Source: Candidatus Thorarchaeota archaeon (GTDB lineage: Archaea; Asgardarchaeota; Thorarchaeia; Thorarchaeales; Thorarchaeaceae). Taken from it: DNA of 64,000 nt. Made by a program: the position numbers and the translations under genes. The DNA lies in contig JAWOEX010000032.1 in the NCBI GenBank assembly GCA_046482545.1, forward strand, positions 64,001-128,000, read 5' to 3'. This document shows positions 38,971 to 49,203 of the stretch, piece after piece. Within the stretch, counting starts at the first letter, position 1. Every line of letters begins with the position of its first letter. The notes beneath the pieces are model-generated. The model ran no database searches and had not been told where the DNA came from. It saw only the letters and a program-made list of their open reading frames with translations.

Positions 38971-40530
38971 ATGTCCCGAAAGCTTTCATTCGTAGCCATT
39001 TTCTCATTACTTGTGATCTCAGCTGTAGCAATACCTCTTACAGGATGGAATACTGCCACAGTTGATAATCAACTTGAACCTAAGGCCATCGAGGCAGATG
39101 CAGTTTTTCCGCGGGGCCCCACTGTTCACATGGTGAATAAAACTGCAGCTATGATTTATTGGAAAACGAACACGAAGACAAATGCTACTGTGCGATTTGG
39201 AAATGCTTCGGACAACCTGGATTCAAGCGTAGAAAATTCGACTCTTGCCAAAGAGCATAGAGTTTGGATTGACAGCCTAAATGCTGGCACGACTGTATAT
39301 TATCAGGCAATTTCTGATGGCATAGATAGCCAGGTGTATCACTTTAAAACTGAACCGGAAGATGGTGAACCATTCAAGCTTATAGCGCTGGGAGACGCTC
39401 AGCCCACATCAGAAACTGCTCCAGGCCAATCCCAAATATTCAAGGATATCATACCGATGGTGCGCGATGAAGAGCCCCATCTTATCATAATCTTGGGTGA
39501 CTACGTGGATCAATTGTCAGATACCGACGAGAGCTATAATGAACTTTGCTGGAATAAGTATCTGAATGTCAGCGATAAAGCGGGTCACTACGCTCCAATC
39601 TACGGGGTAATCGGAAATCATGATACCATTTCAGGGGAACACTACGCAGATGGGTTCCTCGACACCTTGCAGCAATACGGTGGCGATTCCACCTATTTCT
39701 CATTCGACTATGCGGGTGTTCATTTCACGTTTCTCGATAGTGAAATGCCTGCTTTCCAAGGTAGAATAAGTGGAGACCAGTACGATTGGTTGGTAAATGA
39801 TTTGGAAAGCACGGATAAGGAAATCAAATATGTCATGGCTCATCAACCGATGTATCCGGTCAGCGCTAGGGGGAGCTCCTTGGACAGAAATCGGACAGAG
39901 CGCGACCGCCTGCAGAATCTGTTTGAAGAAGAGAATGTTACCGCGTTTCTCGCTGGACATGATCATGTTTTCCAGAGGTTGACTGTAAACGGAGTTCTGC
40001 ATGTCACTTCGGCAGGTGCTGGTCCAAAACTCTATAGTACTCCCTGGGGCGGTGATTTCAATCATTATACGCGATGGAACGTCTCGTCCCAGCGGATTGA
40101 GATGGAGACCATCAACATGGATGGAGAAATCGCCGAGAACTATACGCTCCCATACGAAGGTCATATTGAGATTGCTTTACGAAGAATCGCTAACATATCA
40201 GCCGGCCGGCCAGATCAGGCACCGTTGATTCTTTTCAGTGAAGTTCCGGATGAGAAGTATTTCTCTTGGGATGGTGGTGACAACAGTACAGAGCTAGGGA
40301 CTTTTCCTGACACCAACGGACTTCATAGCCTTGATGTCTATGCCAAAGGCTCAGATGGAGTATGGAATCACAAATACTATGAGTTCACTACAGTAGGCGG
40401 CGAAGAGACGGAAACGACCACAACCCCGCCACCCTCAGGTATCAACCCTCTCCTCATTGCAGGTGTGATTGGGGTTGCAGCTGTAATTGTGGTTATCGTA
40501 GTATATAGATTGAAAATGAGTACCACATGA
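38971..40530 (+). CDS. Surface-anchored purple acid phosphatase-like metallophosphoesterase, copy 1
   Basis: Signal peptide, FN3-like N-domain, GD, GDYV, GNHD, H, GHDH motifs, Thr/Pro linker and C-terminal TM. Confidence 0.9.
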   Translation: MSRKLSFVAIFSLLVISAVAIPLTGWNTATVDNQLEPKAIEADAVFPRGPTVHMVNKTAAMIYWKTNTKTNATVRFGNASDNLDSSVENSTLAKEHRVWIDSLNAGTTVYYQAISDGIDSQVYHFKTEPEDGEPFKLIALGDAQPTSETAPGQSQIFKDIIPMVRDEEPHLIIILGDYVDQLSDTDESYNELCWNKYLNVSDKAGHYAPIYGVIGNHDTISGEHYADGFLDTLQQYGGDSTYFSFDYAGVHFTFLDSEMPAFQGRISGDQYDWLVNDLESTDKEIKYVMAHQPMYPVSARGSSLDRNRTERDRLQNLFEEENVTAFLAGHDHVFQRLTVNGVLHVTSAGAGPKLYSTPWGGDFNHYTRWNVSSQRIEMETINMDGEIAENYTLPYEGHIEIALRRIANISAGRPDQAPLILFSEVPDEKYFSWDGGDNSTELGTFPDTNGLHSLDVYAKGSDGVWNHKYYEFTTVGGEETETTTTPPPSGINPLLIAGVIGVAAVIVVIVVYRLKMSTT

Positions 40531-40531
40531 T

Positions 40532-40550
40532 AGGGGCTGGAAATGCCCCT
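40532..40550 (+). terminator. Short hairpin after phosphoesterase copy 1 (similar at 42232-42250)
   Basis: AGGGGC-N7-GCCCCT immediately after the stop codon. Confidence 0.4.
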
Positions 40551-40670
40551 TCCCATCTAATGAGGGCAAGATGCTCGCTAATGATCGTGTCCGCAAGACT
40601 GTTGCACCCTATGGTTCGGAAACATCAGTTCTTAAGTAGTATTTTGTAAATAATGTCGTTGGCGAACGAA

Positions 40671-42230
40671 ATGTCCCGAAGATTGCCCTTCCTAGCTATT
40701 TTCTCATTGCTTGTAATCTCAGTCGTCGGAGTGCCACTTGCACGATGGGACACTGCCGCGACTGATAATCAGCTTGAAAATCAAGTTGTAGATGCTGATG
40801 AAGTCTTTCCTAGAGGCCCTACCGTCCACATGGTGAATAAGACTGCAGCCATGATTTACTGGAAGACGGACACACAAACAACTGCTACAGTCAATTACGG
40901 AAATGCTTCGGACAACCTGGATTCAAGCGTAGAAAATTCGACTCTTGCTAAGGAGCACAGAGTCTGGATTGATGGTCTAACTGCGGACACGACTGTATAC
41001 TATGAGGCGGTTTCCGATGGTACCAGCAGCGAGGTATATCATTTCAAGACTGAGCCCGAAGATGGTGAACCGTTCAAGCTCATCATAATGGGTGACAACA
41101 GACCCAGTGGGTCACTCGACCCAGAGCAACCTGAGACGTTTAAAGATATGATGGATATGGTGCGCAATGAAGAGCCACATCTTGTGATAATGAGTGGAGA
41201 CTACGTATACAAGCTCTCGGATACCAACCCCAGTAGTAATGCGATTGCTTGGGGAAAATTCCTCAACGTCACCGACAAAGTTGGCCATTACACACCTATA
41301 TACGGCGCTATCGGAAATCATGATACTACTTCAGGGGACCACTACGCAGATGGATTCCTCGACGTCTTTCAGCAGTACGGTGGCGATTCTACCTATTTCT
41401 CCTTCGATTATGCCGGCGTTCACTTCACATTTATCGATACCGAAATACCTGGGTTCGAAGGTAGAATAACCGGGGACCAGTACGATTGGCTGGTAGATGA
41501 TCTCGAAAGTACGAATAAAATGGCAAAATATGTGATAGGTCATCAGCCGATGTACCCGCTCAGCCATTTAGGCAGCTCCATGGATGTAAATATAACAGAG
41601 CGAAATCGCTTGCAGGACTTGTTTGAAGAACAGAATGTTACTCTGTATGCATGTGGCCATGACCACCTCTTCGATAGATTGACAGTGAATGGTGTTGTAC
41701 ATATTATCTCGGGAGGCGCTGGAGCACCAGTATACTCCACTCCTTGGGGCGGGGCGTATAATCACTACCTGCGAGTTAACATCTCATATTCGGAGACAGC
41801 CTTCGAAGCCATAAGAATGAATGGAGCCGTGGCTGAAAACTACACTCTACCATATGAAGGTCATATTGAGATTGCTTTGCGAAGAATCGCTAACACCACA
41901 AGTGGCAGGCCCGATGAATCGCCAGCGATTTACTTCAGCGAGGTACCTGAAGAAGTATATTATTCTTGGGATGGTGGTGACAACAGCACTGAGCTGGGGA
42001 CATTACCTGAGACCAATGGAGTTCATTCTTTGGATGTGTTTGCCAAAGGCTCAGATGGAGTATGGAATCACAAATACTATGAGTTCACTACAGTAGGCGG
42101 CGAAGAGACGGAAACGACCACAACTCCACCTCCCTCAGGTATCAACCCTCTCCTCATTGCAGGTGTGATTGGGGTTGCAGCTGTAATTGTGGTTATCGTA
42201 GTATATAGATTGAAAATGAGTACCACATGA
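40671..42230 (+). CDS. Surface-anchored purple acid phosphatase-like metallophosphoesterase, copy 2
   Basis: Same architecture and motifs (GDNR, GDYV, GNHD, GHDH); identical C-terminal ~60 aa. Confidence 0.9.
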   Translation: MSRRLPFLAIFSLLVISVVGVPLARWDTAATDNQLENQVVDADEVFPRGPTVHMVNKTAAMIYWKTDTQTTATVNYGNASDNLDSSVENSTLAKEHRVWIDGLTADTTVYYEAVSDGTSSEVYHFKTEPEDGEPFKLIIMGDNRPSGSLDPEQPETFKDMMDMVRNEEPHLVIMSGDYVYKLSDTNPSSNAIAWGKFLNVTDKVGHYTPIYGAIGNHDTTSGDHYADGFLDVFQQYGGDSTYFSFDYAGVHFTFIDTEIPGFEGRITGDQYDWLVDDLESTNKMAKYVIGHQPMYPLSHLGSSMDVNITERNRLQDLFEEQNVTLYACGHDHLFDRLTVNGVVHIISGGAGAPVYSTPWGGAYNHYLRVNISYSETAFEAIRMNGAVAENYTLPYEGHIEIALRRIANTTSGRPDESPAIYFSEVPEEVYYSWDGGDNSTELGTLPETNGVHSLDVFAKGSDGVWNHKYYEFTTVGGEETETTTTPPPSGINPLLIAGVIGVAAVIVVIVVYRLKMSTT

Positions 42231-42357
42231 TAGGGGCTAGAAACGCCCCATCCATCTAATTCATTCAGAAAATGTTGGCTGGCAGAATAACTAAATCACA
42301 TTCTGGCAAAGACTGTAGGTGCAGAGGGCCTTTCTGGCCTTCTTCACCCAGCATGTT

Positions 42358-42717
42358 TTATAGAGCGTCTTTGACATCGAATGCCAATTTACCGGCTTCT
42401 TTTGTTTGAAGCCCAATATCGATTTTGTGCTCTCCTTCGGCGAGCTGCTCACCCTTCACTTTAATGGCAATTTCAACCCCAACTTTGATTGGGATGGGGT
42501 TGTCCTCTGACACTTCTGAGCCCGTGACTTCAGCTTCTTCGGATTTGATGACCGTATCCTCTAGGGGATATTCTGTATCATCAATCTTGATGGGATCCAT
42601 AGCTGTTGCTGTGCCCGGGGATAATGAATTCTTGATTTTAAAGACGAATCCATCATCGACGTTCTCTAGGCTGCCTTTAATGTATAGTTTGCGAAGTAGA
42701 AATGCTGGAATCTGCAA
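42358..42717 (-). CDS. Conserved hypothetical beta-sandwich protein (IP..LL.KLY..GSL.N family)
   Basis: Probable TTG start at 42717 after GGAG. The motif LLRKLYIKGSLEN...F.FKIKN.L is one I recall as a standalone domain and as an N-terminal domain of some HMG-CoA reductases. Confidence 0.7.
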   Translation of the reverse strand: MQIPAFLLRKLYIKGSLENVDDGFVFKIKNSLSPGTATAMDPIKIDDTEYPLEDTVIKSEEAEVTGSEVSEDNPIPIKVGVEIAIKVKGEQLAEGEHKIDIGLQTKEAGKLAFDVKDAL

Positions 42718-42881
42718 TTTCTTAGTTCCTCCTGAGAGTAGACAAATCATAAACATCGTTAGTAATCTTTTATAGATTGCGGCCTCCCTTATGGCTCCAA
42801 AAATCAGTGCTGGCTGGCAAATGTAATAAGGAGCTTTTTGGAAATTAGCTCAGACAAATCCCAAGAAGAGGAGAACTACTA

Positions 42882-43235
42882 TTGCAGTTTCCATTCTATC
42901 CCTTTGATTTCTTTTTCGGCTTTTTTGGAATGTTCGCTCTATTTCCCATAATCTTCATCATCATTTTCATAGCAGTGCTTGTGAAGATGTGTCGGGGAAT
43001 GAGCCAAGGAATCTCAGGCGTTACCGTTCAGCCTCCTGCTTTCGTAATTCCAGAGAAACGCCGCCGAGACTCGACTCGTTCTGATGGCTCTAGTATGCAA
43101 ACAGTACGGCTTCCAGAACGCTGTCCTAGTTGCGGGGCTTCATTATCTCATGAGACCATAGACTGGGTGGGCCCACTAGAAGCCAAGTGCAGCTATTGTG
43201 GTGGTACTGTGCGAGCATCATTTGAGGAGATATAA
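42882..43235 (+). CDS. Small membrane protein with C-terminal zinc ribbon
   Basis: N-terminal TM; CPSCG...CSYCG. Confidence 0.8.
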   Translation: MQFPFYPFDFFFGFFGMFALFPIIFIIIFIAVLVKMCRGMSQGISGVTVQPPAFVIPEKRRRDSTRSDGSSMQTVRLPERCPSCGASLSHETIDWVGPLEAKCSYCGGTVRASFEEI

Positions 43236-43268
43236 TTTTTGACAACTCAATAATGGGAGTTTACGCAT

Positions 43269-44309
43269 TTGAAGAGCTTGATGAAAACAGATAGTGGACC
43301 TGGCAATTTGGAATTGAGGGATATTCCAAAACCCGAGCCGAGTAAAGATGAGGCATTGGTGGAAGTAAGAGCAGCCGGCATCTGTGGTACTGATGTTCAC
43401 ATAAAGCACAATCAGGCCTTTCATACCCCACCGGTGGTGCTTGGGCACGAATACTCAGGAACAGTAGTCAGTGTCGGTTCAGATGTTTCCACAATCCAAG
43501 TTGGAGATGAGGTGGTCTCTCCGGCTACTGCATATTGCGGCCAGTGTCCTCAATGCAAGACCGGTCACGTCAATCGGTGTACTGATCCCAATAGACGTAT
43601 TCTAGGGGTTTCGAGGGCAAACGGAGCTTTTGCCCAGTATCTTACGGTTCCAGAGTACATCATACACAAGGTTCCGGAGAGTGTTCCTTTGGAAGAGGCG
43701 GCATTGGCTGAGCCTACTGCATGTGTTGTTCATGCTCTCATCGAGAAAACTCCCATTTGTCCTGGGGATGTTGTTGTTATTCAGGGTCCCGGCACAATGG
43801 GCCTATTGTCTTTGCAGGTCGCCAAGGCGATGGGGGCAGGAAAAGCGATTGTCACGGGTATGTCTTCGGACAGATGGCGGCTTGATATTGCAGAGAATAC
43901 TGGTGCCGACCGTGCAATCGACATAGAAGAAGAAGATCCGGTCGAGATAGTCAACGAAGAATCGCATGGGCTTGGTGCTGACGTAGTAATCGAAGCGTCT
44001 GGCTCATGCGCTGCTTGTGGTCAAGCACTACAATTTGTGAAAGTAGCTGGCCATGTAGCTCTTCTTGGAGTCCGAGGCCGCCCGGCAGAGATTGATCTCG
44101 ATCAAATGGTAATCAAGGAGCTAACAATGACAGGCACATGGGGCACCATCCCTTCATCATGGGTTACGACCTTGAAATTGATGGCTTCACACAAAATTGA
44201 TGTTGCGCCGCTTATCACTCACCGCTTATCCCTCGACGAATGGGAAATGGGATTTCAGCTGATGGAAGAGCAGAAGGCAATTAAAGTTCTCTTTGAACAT
44301 TTTTCATAG
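43269..44309 (+). CDS. Zinc-dependent medium-chain dehydrogenase (sorbitol/threonine dehydrogenase-like)
   Basis: GICGTD, GHE, CGQCPQC...C, EP, GPGTMG. Confidence 0.93.
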   Translation: MKSLMKTDSGPGNLELRDIPKPEPSKDEALVEVRAAGICGTDVHIKHNQAFHTPPVVLGHEYSGTVVSVGSDVSTIQVGDEVVSPATAYCGQCPQCKTGHVNRCTDPNRRILGVSRANGAFAQYLTVPEYIIHKVPESVPLEEAALAEPTACVVHALIEKTPICPGDVVVIQGPGTMGLLSLQVAKAMGAGKAIVTGMSSDRWRLDIAENTGADRAIDIEEEDPVEIVNEESHGLGADVVIEASGSCAACGQALQFVKVAGHVALLGVRGRPAEIDLDQMVIKELTMTGTWGTIPSSWVTTLKLMASHKIDVAPLITHRLSLDEWEMGFQLMEEQKAIKVLFEHFS

Positions 44310-44324
44310 AGAGGCTATATTGAA

Positions 44325-44768
44325 GTGAACGCCATGAAAAAAATTGCCATCATAATTTGTCAACGGTATGGAGATTGTGCAGGCGGTAAGTGTTTTAGAT
44401 CGTTACATGAACGAGAGGGTGCCTTTAGTATCTATGACGAGGAGCTACAGCTTGTAGGCTATGCAACATGTGGGGGCTGTCCAGGAGGGAACATAGAGTA
44501 TGCAGTAGACGAAATGAAAGAAAACGGCGCAGAAGTCATCCATTTGGCCACTGGGTTCTTGGTTGGCTACCCTCCCTGTCCTTGGATCGATTACTTGAAG
44601 GATTTCATTGAAGAAAAATCTGACTTGGAGGTAATTCTGGGGACCCATCCCATCCCTCCGAGCTATCTCAAAACTCATCGTGCCCTTGAGACATGGGAGG
44701 CTCCAGAATGGGAAGAGCGTTTGAAGTATGTTATGACCGATGAAAAAACACGGGATAAGTACAGTTAA
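44325..44768 (+). CDS. CGGC domain protein
   Basis: IIICQRY..CAGGKC, TCGGCPG, HLATG, CP, GTH. Confidence 0.9.
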   Translation: MNAMKKIAIIICQRYGDCAGGKCFRSLHEREGAFSIYDEELQLVGYATCGGCPGGNIEYAVDEMKENGAEVIHLATGFLVGYPPCPWIDYLKDFIEEKSDLEVILGTHPIPPSYLKTHRALETWEAPEWEERLKYVMTDEKTRDKYS

Positions 44769-44853
44769 CATGCCGCACAACACATTGTCAACAATGAGGA
44801 TTGATGCCCAACAGGCAATCAAGGTTCTTTTCAAGCATTCTTAGAAAGTATAG

Positions 44854-45207
44854 ATGGATGTACCGGTTGTGTATTTGACAAAAGACTCTGATTTATCGGA
44901 TTATGAACAAGTGATTGACCATGGTGTTGTAGGTGTTTGGAAGAATCGATTACTCAATGCTGAAAATGGTTCGAGTCATTTCGCGATGAGGACATATCAA
45001 ATGGAATCTGGTGGTCATACTTCATTAGACCGACACAAGCATGACCATGGGGTGTATGTCCTTGAGGGAACCCCTACTGCAGTTGTTGAGGGCGATTCGA
45101 TTCTTCTAACTCCCGGTGATGTTTTGCACGTTGCTGGAGACGAGCAACATCAATTCTTCAACAAAGCTGACGATTTGGCCAAATTCATCTGTGTAAAGAA
45201 CTACTAG
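44854..45207 (+). CDS. Cupin domain protein
   Basis: FAMR, GGHT..DRHKHDHGVYVLEG, GD......EQHQF.N. Confidence 0.9.
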   Translation: MDVPVVYLTKDSDLSDYEQVIDHGVVGVWKNRLLNAENGSSHFAMRTYQMESGGHTSLDRHKHDHGVYVLEGTPTAVVEGDSILLTPGDVLHVAGDEQHQFFNKADDLAKFICVKNY

Positions 45208-45213
45208 TCGTTT

Positions 45214-45552
45214 CTATGCCCACTTATCCAGTGCATCTTGCACCGTTGCGATGTGAGCCACTGCAGGGCCGCCACCCATAACTATCGCAACAGAACACCC
45301 TTCCATTATCTCTTCCTTGGATGCTCCCGCCGAAAGAGCCTGTTTAGTGTGGTATACCATGCAGCTCTCACACGGCTCTAGAATGCTGGCCACAATACAG
45401 ATTATTTCTTTGAACTTGCGTGGCAACGCACCGTCCTTATCGACGATTTTGAGAAGATCTGTAAACGCATTTCTTGTTTCTGGGATATCTCTATTCAGTG
45501 CACCGAAGTGTTTCTGGAAATAGCGCAATGTTTCTCCAACATCATCTGTCAT
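45214..45552 (-). CDS. Carboxymuconolactone decarboxylase / AhpD family protein
   Basis: GAL..KFKEII, CESCMVYH, GASKEEI, MGGGP. Confidence 0.9.
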   Translation of the reverse strand: MTDDVGETLRYFQKHFGALNRDIPETRNAFTDLLKIVDKDGALPRKFKEIICIVASILEPCESCMVYHTKQALSAGASKEEIMEGCSVAIVMGGGPAVAHIATVQDALDKWA

Positions 45553-45659
45553 TTTTCTTACTCCTTTTTTCAGCTAGTGTGTCTAGGCTCCATGGTGAAT
45601 TGTATTGTGTTAAAGTGTTTATGGAAATACAATTTCTCCTCCAAATCTCATGTCTTGCG

Positions 45660-46469
45660 TTACTTTTCGGGTCGTTCTTTGGTAAGTGTACCTAAATTCC
45701 ACGTAGTTTTGGCATATCGGGTATTATAAAGCGAGTCAGACATGGCCCTTTCTTGGTTTGTAAACTCGTCTTCGACAAGTTCCATTCCTATGAATGTCTC
45801 AATGGTGGCGATGATAGCTTTTTTGATTTCCTGCTCGGAAGGCGGTGAATCAACTTCTTGCGCAATTGTCGTAACGATGTCTCTTTTGCTTTCCTTGCAT
45901 CTTATGGATCTGCCATCTCTTAGATAGACTGGTTGGTTTGCAGGAGGAGTTAGTGCATTCTGCAGCATTTCAAGATTGGCCGTCAGAAGAAGCGTCCCAT
46001 GGAGAAACGAAACACCCTGCTTGAGCCATCCTGCAGTCCCGGTGATTTTCTTGCCTCCTACGCGAATACAACTTCTAGTGGAATCGTAAGTGGCGTTTAT
46101 GTCAATACTCCGTAACCCCTTGGCTACGGTCCCTATGAAGTTCCAGTAGAGCTCCCTAAGGGTTCTAGAGACGTAGCTCTCAGATTGGTCAAGGCAGAAA
46201 GAAATATTTAGATTTCCTCTGTCGTGGTAAACTGTTCCCCCGCCCGTAAACCTTCTTGCTATGTCAATATTGTTTTCCCTGCAAAATTCAATATCAACTT
46301 CTTCATGAACGCACTGGAATCTTCCTAGAACTACTGAAGGGTCTGATTTCCAAAAGCGGATTGTATTTGTTTTATTGCGTGTTCCTGCGTTTATTCTGGC
46401 TAGGCTTTCCTCTAGTGCCAAATTCTTGTATATGTCGAATTCTCCATCATTCAGTACTCGCCAAGTCAT
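45660..46469 (-). CDS. Lipoate-protein ligase / octanoyltransferase family, catalytic domain only
   Basis: Likely start MTWRVL at 46469. NLALEE, VVLGRFQ, RRFTGGGTVYHD, KKITGTA, HGTLL. Confidence 0.9.
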   Translation of the reverse strand: MTWRVLNDGEFDIYKNLALEESLARINAGTRNKTNTIRFWKSDPSVVLGRFQCVHEEVDIEFCRENNIDIARRFTGGGTVYHDRGNLNISFCLDQSESYVSRTLRELYWNFIGTVAKGLRSIDINATYDSTRSCIRVGGKKITGTAGWLKQGVSFLHGTLLLTANLEMLQNALTPPANQPVYLRDGRSIRCKESKRDIVTTIAQEVDSPPSEQEIKKAIIATIETFIGMELVEDEFTNQERAMSDSLYNTRYAKTTWNLGTLTKERPEK

Positions 46470-46590
46470 AGCACAACACCCGCTGAATGGTATCCTTGCT
46501 TTTGGACCCCTCAAAAATAATACTATTTGATGTTAATCGCTATTGTCATAACAGACTAGTAGAATGGGGTTGCTAAATCAACAAGAGGTT

Positions 46591-46620
46591 GCCGGTGACG
46601 GGAGGATATTCGTCACCGGC
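46591..46620. terminator. Perfect 10-bp GC-rich inverted repeat (terminator or RNA stem)
   Basis: GCCGGTGACG-N10-CGTCACCGGC, between the E2 stop and the lipoate ligase start. Confidence 0.5.
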
Positions 46621-46707
46621 CAGAGCAGATGTTGTTTCGAGGTTGGAACCGACCAGGAAGGTTCGGTTCATGCATCATTCTTTGTGCAGAGATTTAAGGT
46701 CATATCC

Positions 46708-46830
46708 CCCGTTTCTTACAGTTGAGTAAACTCAACCTGCTTGAAGACTTCGTGTCCCACTCTTCCCCCTGCCAGCATCACCGCTCCCAAGGTACTATTG
46801 AGTTGTAGAGGCTCTATCCACATTCGTCGA
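46708..46830 (-). repeat. IS-end-like sequence, copy 2 (degenerate relic)
   Basis: Reverse complement aligns with about 6920-7048 and includes the 17-bp identical block. Confidence 0.65.
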
Positions 46831-46996
46831 CTTCGACACCGCGCTGGATGCACACACTGAAAGATGAAATTTCAATATGAAGACTGCATTGTATGTCGAA
46901 CAAGCAACATTCTATATTCGAATAAGGGGGTTGATTGGAGCTATTCCCGTGGTGGTTTCGGGGTACTTTTGAGGCATAGCTGAAAGCTGACGCCTG

Positions 46997-48214
46997 TCAA
47001 ATTTTGAGGAAATAAGGGTTTTCCAAGGACTCCTTAAGAGAATGCAGAAACTTTCCTGCGGGGGCACCATCGAGAATACGGTGATCAACAGCACAGGATG
47101 CCATCATCATATGTCGAATTCCAATCATGCCATCCATGGCCACAGGTTTCTCTTTGATTTGTCCAAGAGCGAGAATAGCGGCTTCAGGGGGATTGACTAG
47201 GGGAATGAAGAGGTCCACTTGAAATGGACCTAGATTGCTTACAGTAAATGTGCTGCCCGAAAGTTTCTCAGAGGTCAACTCACCTTCTTGTGCTCTGTCC
47301 TTCAACTCTTGGCTTTCTTGCGCTATTTCGGTAATTGATTTTTCATTGGCCGAGAAAACGGTTGGGACTATCAGCCCCTCATCTGTTGCCATGGCGATCC
47401 CTATATTGATGTCCTCGTACATTTTGATATTGTTACCCTCAAGTGTTGCATTGAACTTAGGGAATTTCTCCAGAGTATCTGCCACAGCCTTGACAATGAT
47501 ATCATTGAACGAAATTCTAAGGGCGTGAGTCTTCTCAGTTCTTGTGTTGATTTCTTTCCTGAGCTTGACGACCTCAGTCATATCAATCTCGGTTATCATG
47601 GTGATATGAGGACGCTTCGAGCTTTCTGTCATTCGCCGAGCGATGGTTCGCCGCAACGGACTCATCGGTTCTATCTCTTTGACCTCTCTGGAATCTACCT
47701 GTACCTTAGAGGCTTCTATAACATCCTCCTCCACGATTCGGCCACTAGGTCCAGTACCATGTACCTTCTTGATGTTTACACCAAGATCCTCTGCTTTCTT
47801 TCTCGCCCGTGGAGATGCTTTGACTCTGCCCCCTCTCAACGTGGAAATCTCTCTTGGCTCGGTTGTTTCAGCTTCTCTTACAACATCGACTGCTGTCTTG
47901 GTCTTTTCAGGGGGATGTTCAGCCTGCTCCTCCACCTCTCCGAGCTTCTGGGGCTTGATATCTGGTATTTCTTCGCCCTCTTCGCCTATGATTGCTATAG
48001 GCTCGCTGATTGGAATCTCGTCATCTACTTCGCATAGCTGTTTCAGGAGTACACCCTCGTACGGAGATTCCAGTTCGAACTCGTTTTTCTCGCCGAAGAT
48101 TTCGACAACTGGCTCGCCCTTCTCGATGTGCTCACCTTCTTCTTTCAACCATTTGAGAATCACGCCATATTCCATTGCCACACTCATACGCTGCATTATC
48201 ATGATTTCTGCCAT
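46997..48214 (-). CDS. 2-oxoacid dehydrogenase E2 (dihydrolipoamide acyltransferase)
   Basis: Lipoyl domain (VEIFGEKN), E1/E3-binding ASPRARKKA..GTGPSGRI, catalytic DHRILDG. Start 48214 after GAGGTG. Confidence 0.95.
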   Translation of the reverse strand: MAEIMIMQRMSVAMEYGVILKWLKEEGEHIEKGEPVVEIFGEKNEFELESPYEGVLLKQLCEVDDEIPISEPIAIIGEEGEEIPDIKPQKLGEVEEQAEHPPEKTKTAVDVVREAETTEPREISTLRGGRVKASPRARKKAEDLGVNIKKVHGTGPSGRIVEEDVIEASKVQVDSREVKEIEPMSPLRRTIARRMTESSKRPHITMITEIDMTEVVKLRKEINTRTEKTHALRISFNDIIVKAVADTLEKFPKFNATLEGNNIKMYEDINIGIAMATDEGLIVPTVFSANEKSITEIAQESQELKDRAQEGELTSEKLSGSTFTVSNLGPFQVDLFIPLVNPPEAAILALGQIKEKPVAMDGMIGIRHMMMASCAVDHRILDGAPAGKFLHSLKESLENPYFLKI

Positions 48215-48228
48215 TAGACCACCTCGCT

Positions 48229-49203
48229 TCACACAATACTCTTGATTGCATTCGAAATCTGCTTCTTGTCTGGGATGAAGTAGTCTTCTAGCGTTGGGCT
48301 AAATGGCACTGGTGTATCTGGTGCATTGACACGTCTTATTGGGGCATCCAACCAATCGAAGGCTTCTTCTTGTACTAGTGCGGATATTTCTGCTGTTGTT
48401 GCGCCTGTCTTGGTTTCCTCGGTAACCAGAACCAAGCGTCCTGTTTTTACGACCGAGTCAATGAGAGTTTTCTTATCAAGAGGTACAAGTGTCCTGGGGT
48501 CGATTACCTCTACACTGATTCCTTGCTTGCTAAGCTCATCAGCAACCTCTATCGCTTGGTGCATCATCCTGAAAGTCGCCCAGACCGTTACATCCTCTCC
48601 CTCACGTCGGATTTTCGCTTCACCGAATGGAATGAGGTATTCCTCGTCTGGGACTTCTTCCTTCTTGTCGTAAACGAGTTTGTGTTCGAAGAACATAACA
48701 GGGTCGGAATCACGGATTGCGGTTTTGATTAACCCCTTGACATCGGAAGCGAACGCTGGTACTGCAACTTTGAGTCCCGGTGTGTGCATGAACCAAGCTT
48801 GTAGGCTCTGTGAGTGGTGAGATGCTATGTTCTTACCACCGCCAAACACCGTTCGCAAGACCAGTGGGACCGATGTTTGCCCTCCAAACATATATCTCAT
48901 CTTAGCTGCTTGATTACATATCTGATCCATTGCTAGCGTGATGAGGTCTCCAAACATGATTTCAGCAACTGGGCGCATGCCAGTTATCGCTGCACCGACT
49001 CCAGCGCCTGCTATGGTATTTTCTGAAATGGGCGTATCTCTAATTCTTTCCTCACCAAATTCCTCGGCAAAGCCTTTTGTCACCTTGAATGCACCGCCCC
49101 AGTTTTTGCCAATGTCTTCGCCCATCATGAAGACGCGCTCATCTCGCTGAAGCTCTTCTCTAAGACCTTCACGAAGGGCCTGTCGATAGGTCATTTCCAC
49201 CAA
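48229..49203 (-). CDS. 2-oxoacid/acetoin dehydrogenase E1 beta subunit
   Basis: MGEDIG, DTPISE, HHSQS, FFEHK, IDPRTLVPLD. Confidence 0.95.
   Translation of the reverse strand: MVEMTYRQALREGLREELQRDERVFMMGEDIGKNWGGAFKVTKGFAEEFGEERIRDTPISENTIAGAGVGAAITGMRPVAEIMFGDLITLAMDQICNQAAKMRYMFGGQTSVPLVLRTVFGGGKNIASHHSQSLQAWFMHTPGLKVAVPAFASDVKGLIKTAIRDSDPVMFFEHKLVYDKKEEVPDEEYLIPFGEAKIRREGEDVTVWATFRMMHQAIEVADELSKQGISVEVIDPRTLVPLDKKTLIDSVVKTGRLVLVTEETKTGATTAEISALVQEEAFDWLDAPIRRVNAPDTPVPFSPTLEDYFIPDKKQISNAIKSIV

Larger units (their letters stand above)
38931..42238 (+). repeat. Tandem duplication with a 1700-bp period
   Basis: Starts 38971/40671, the identical block at 39199/40899 and stops 40530/42230 are all offset by exactly 1700. 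Confidence 0.92.
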
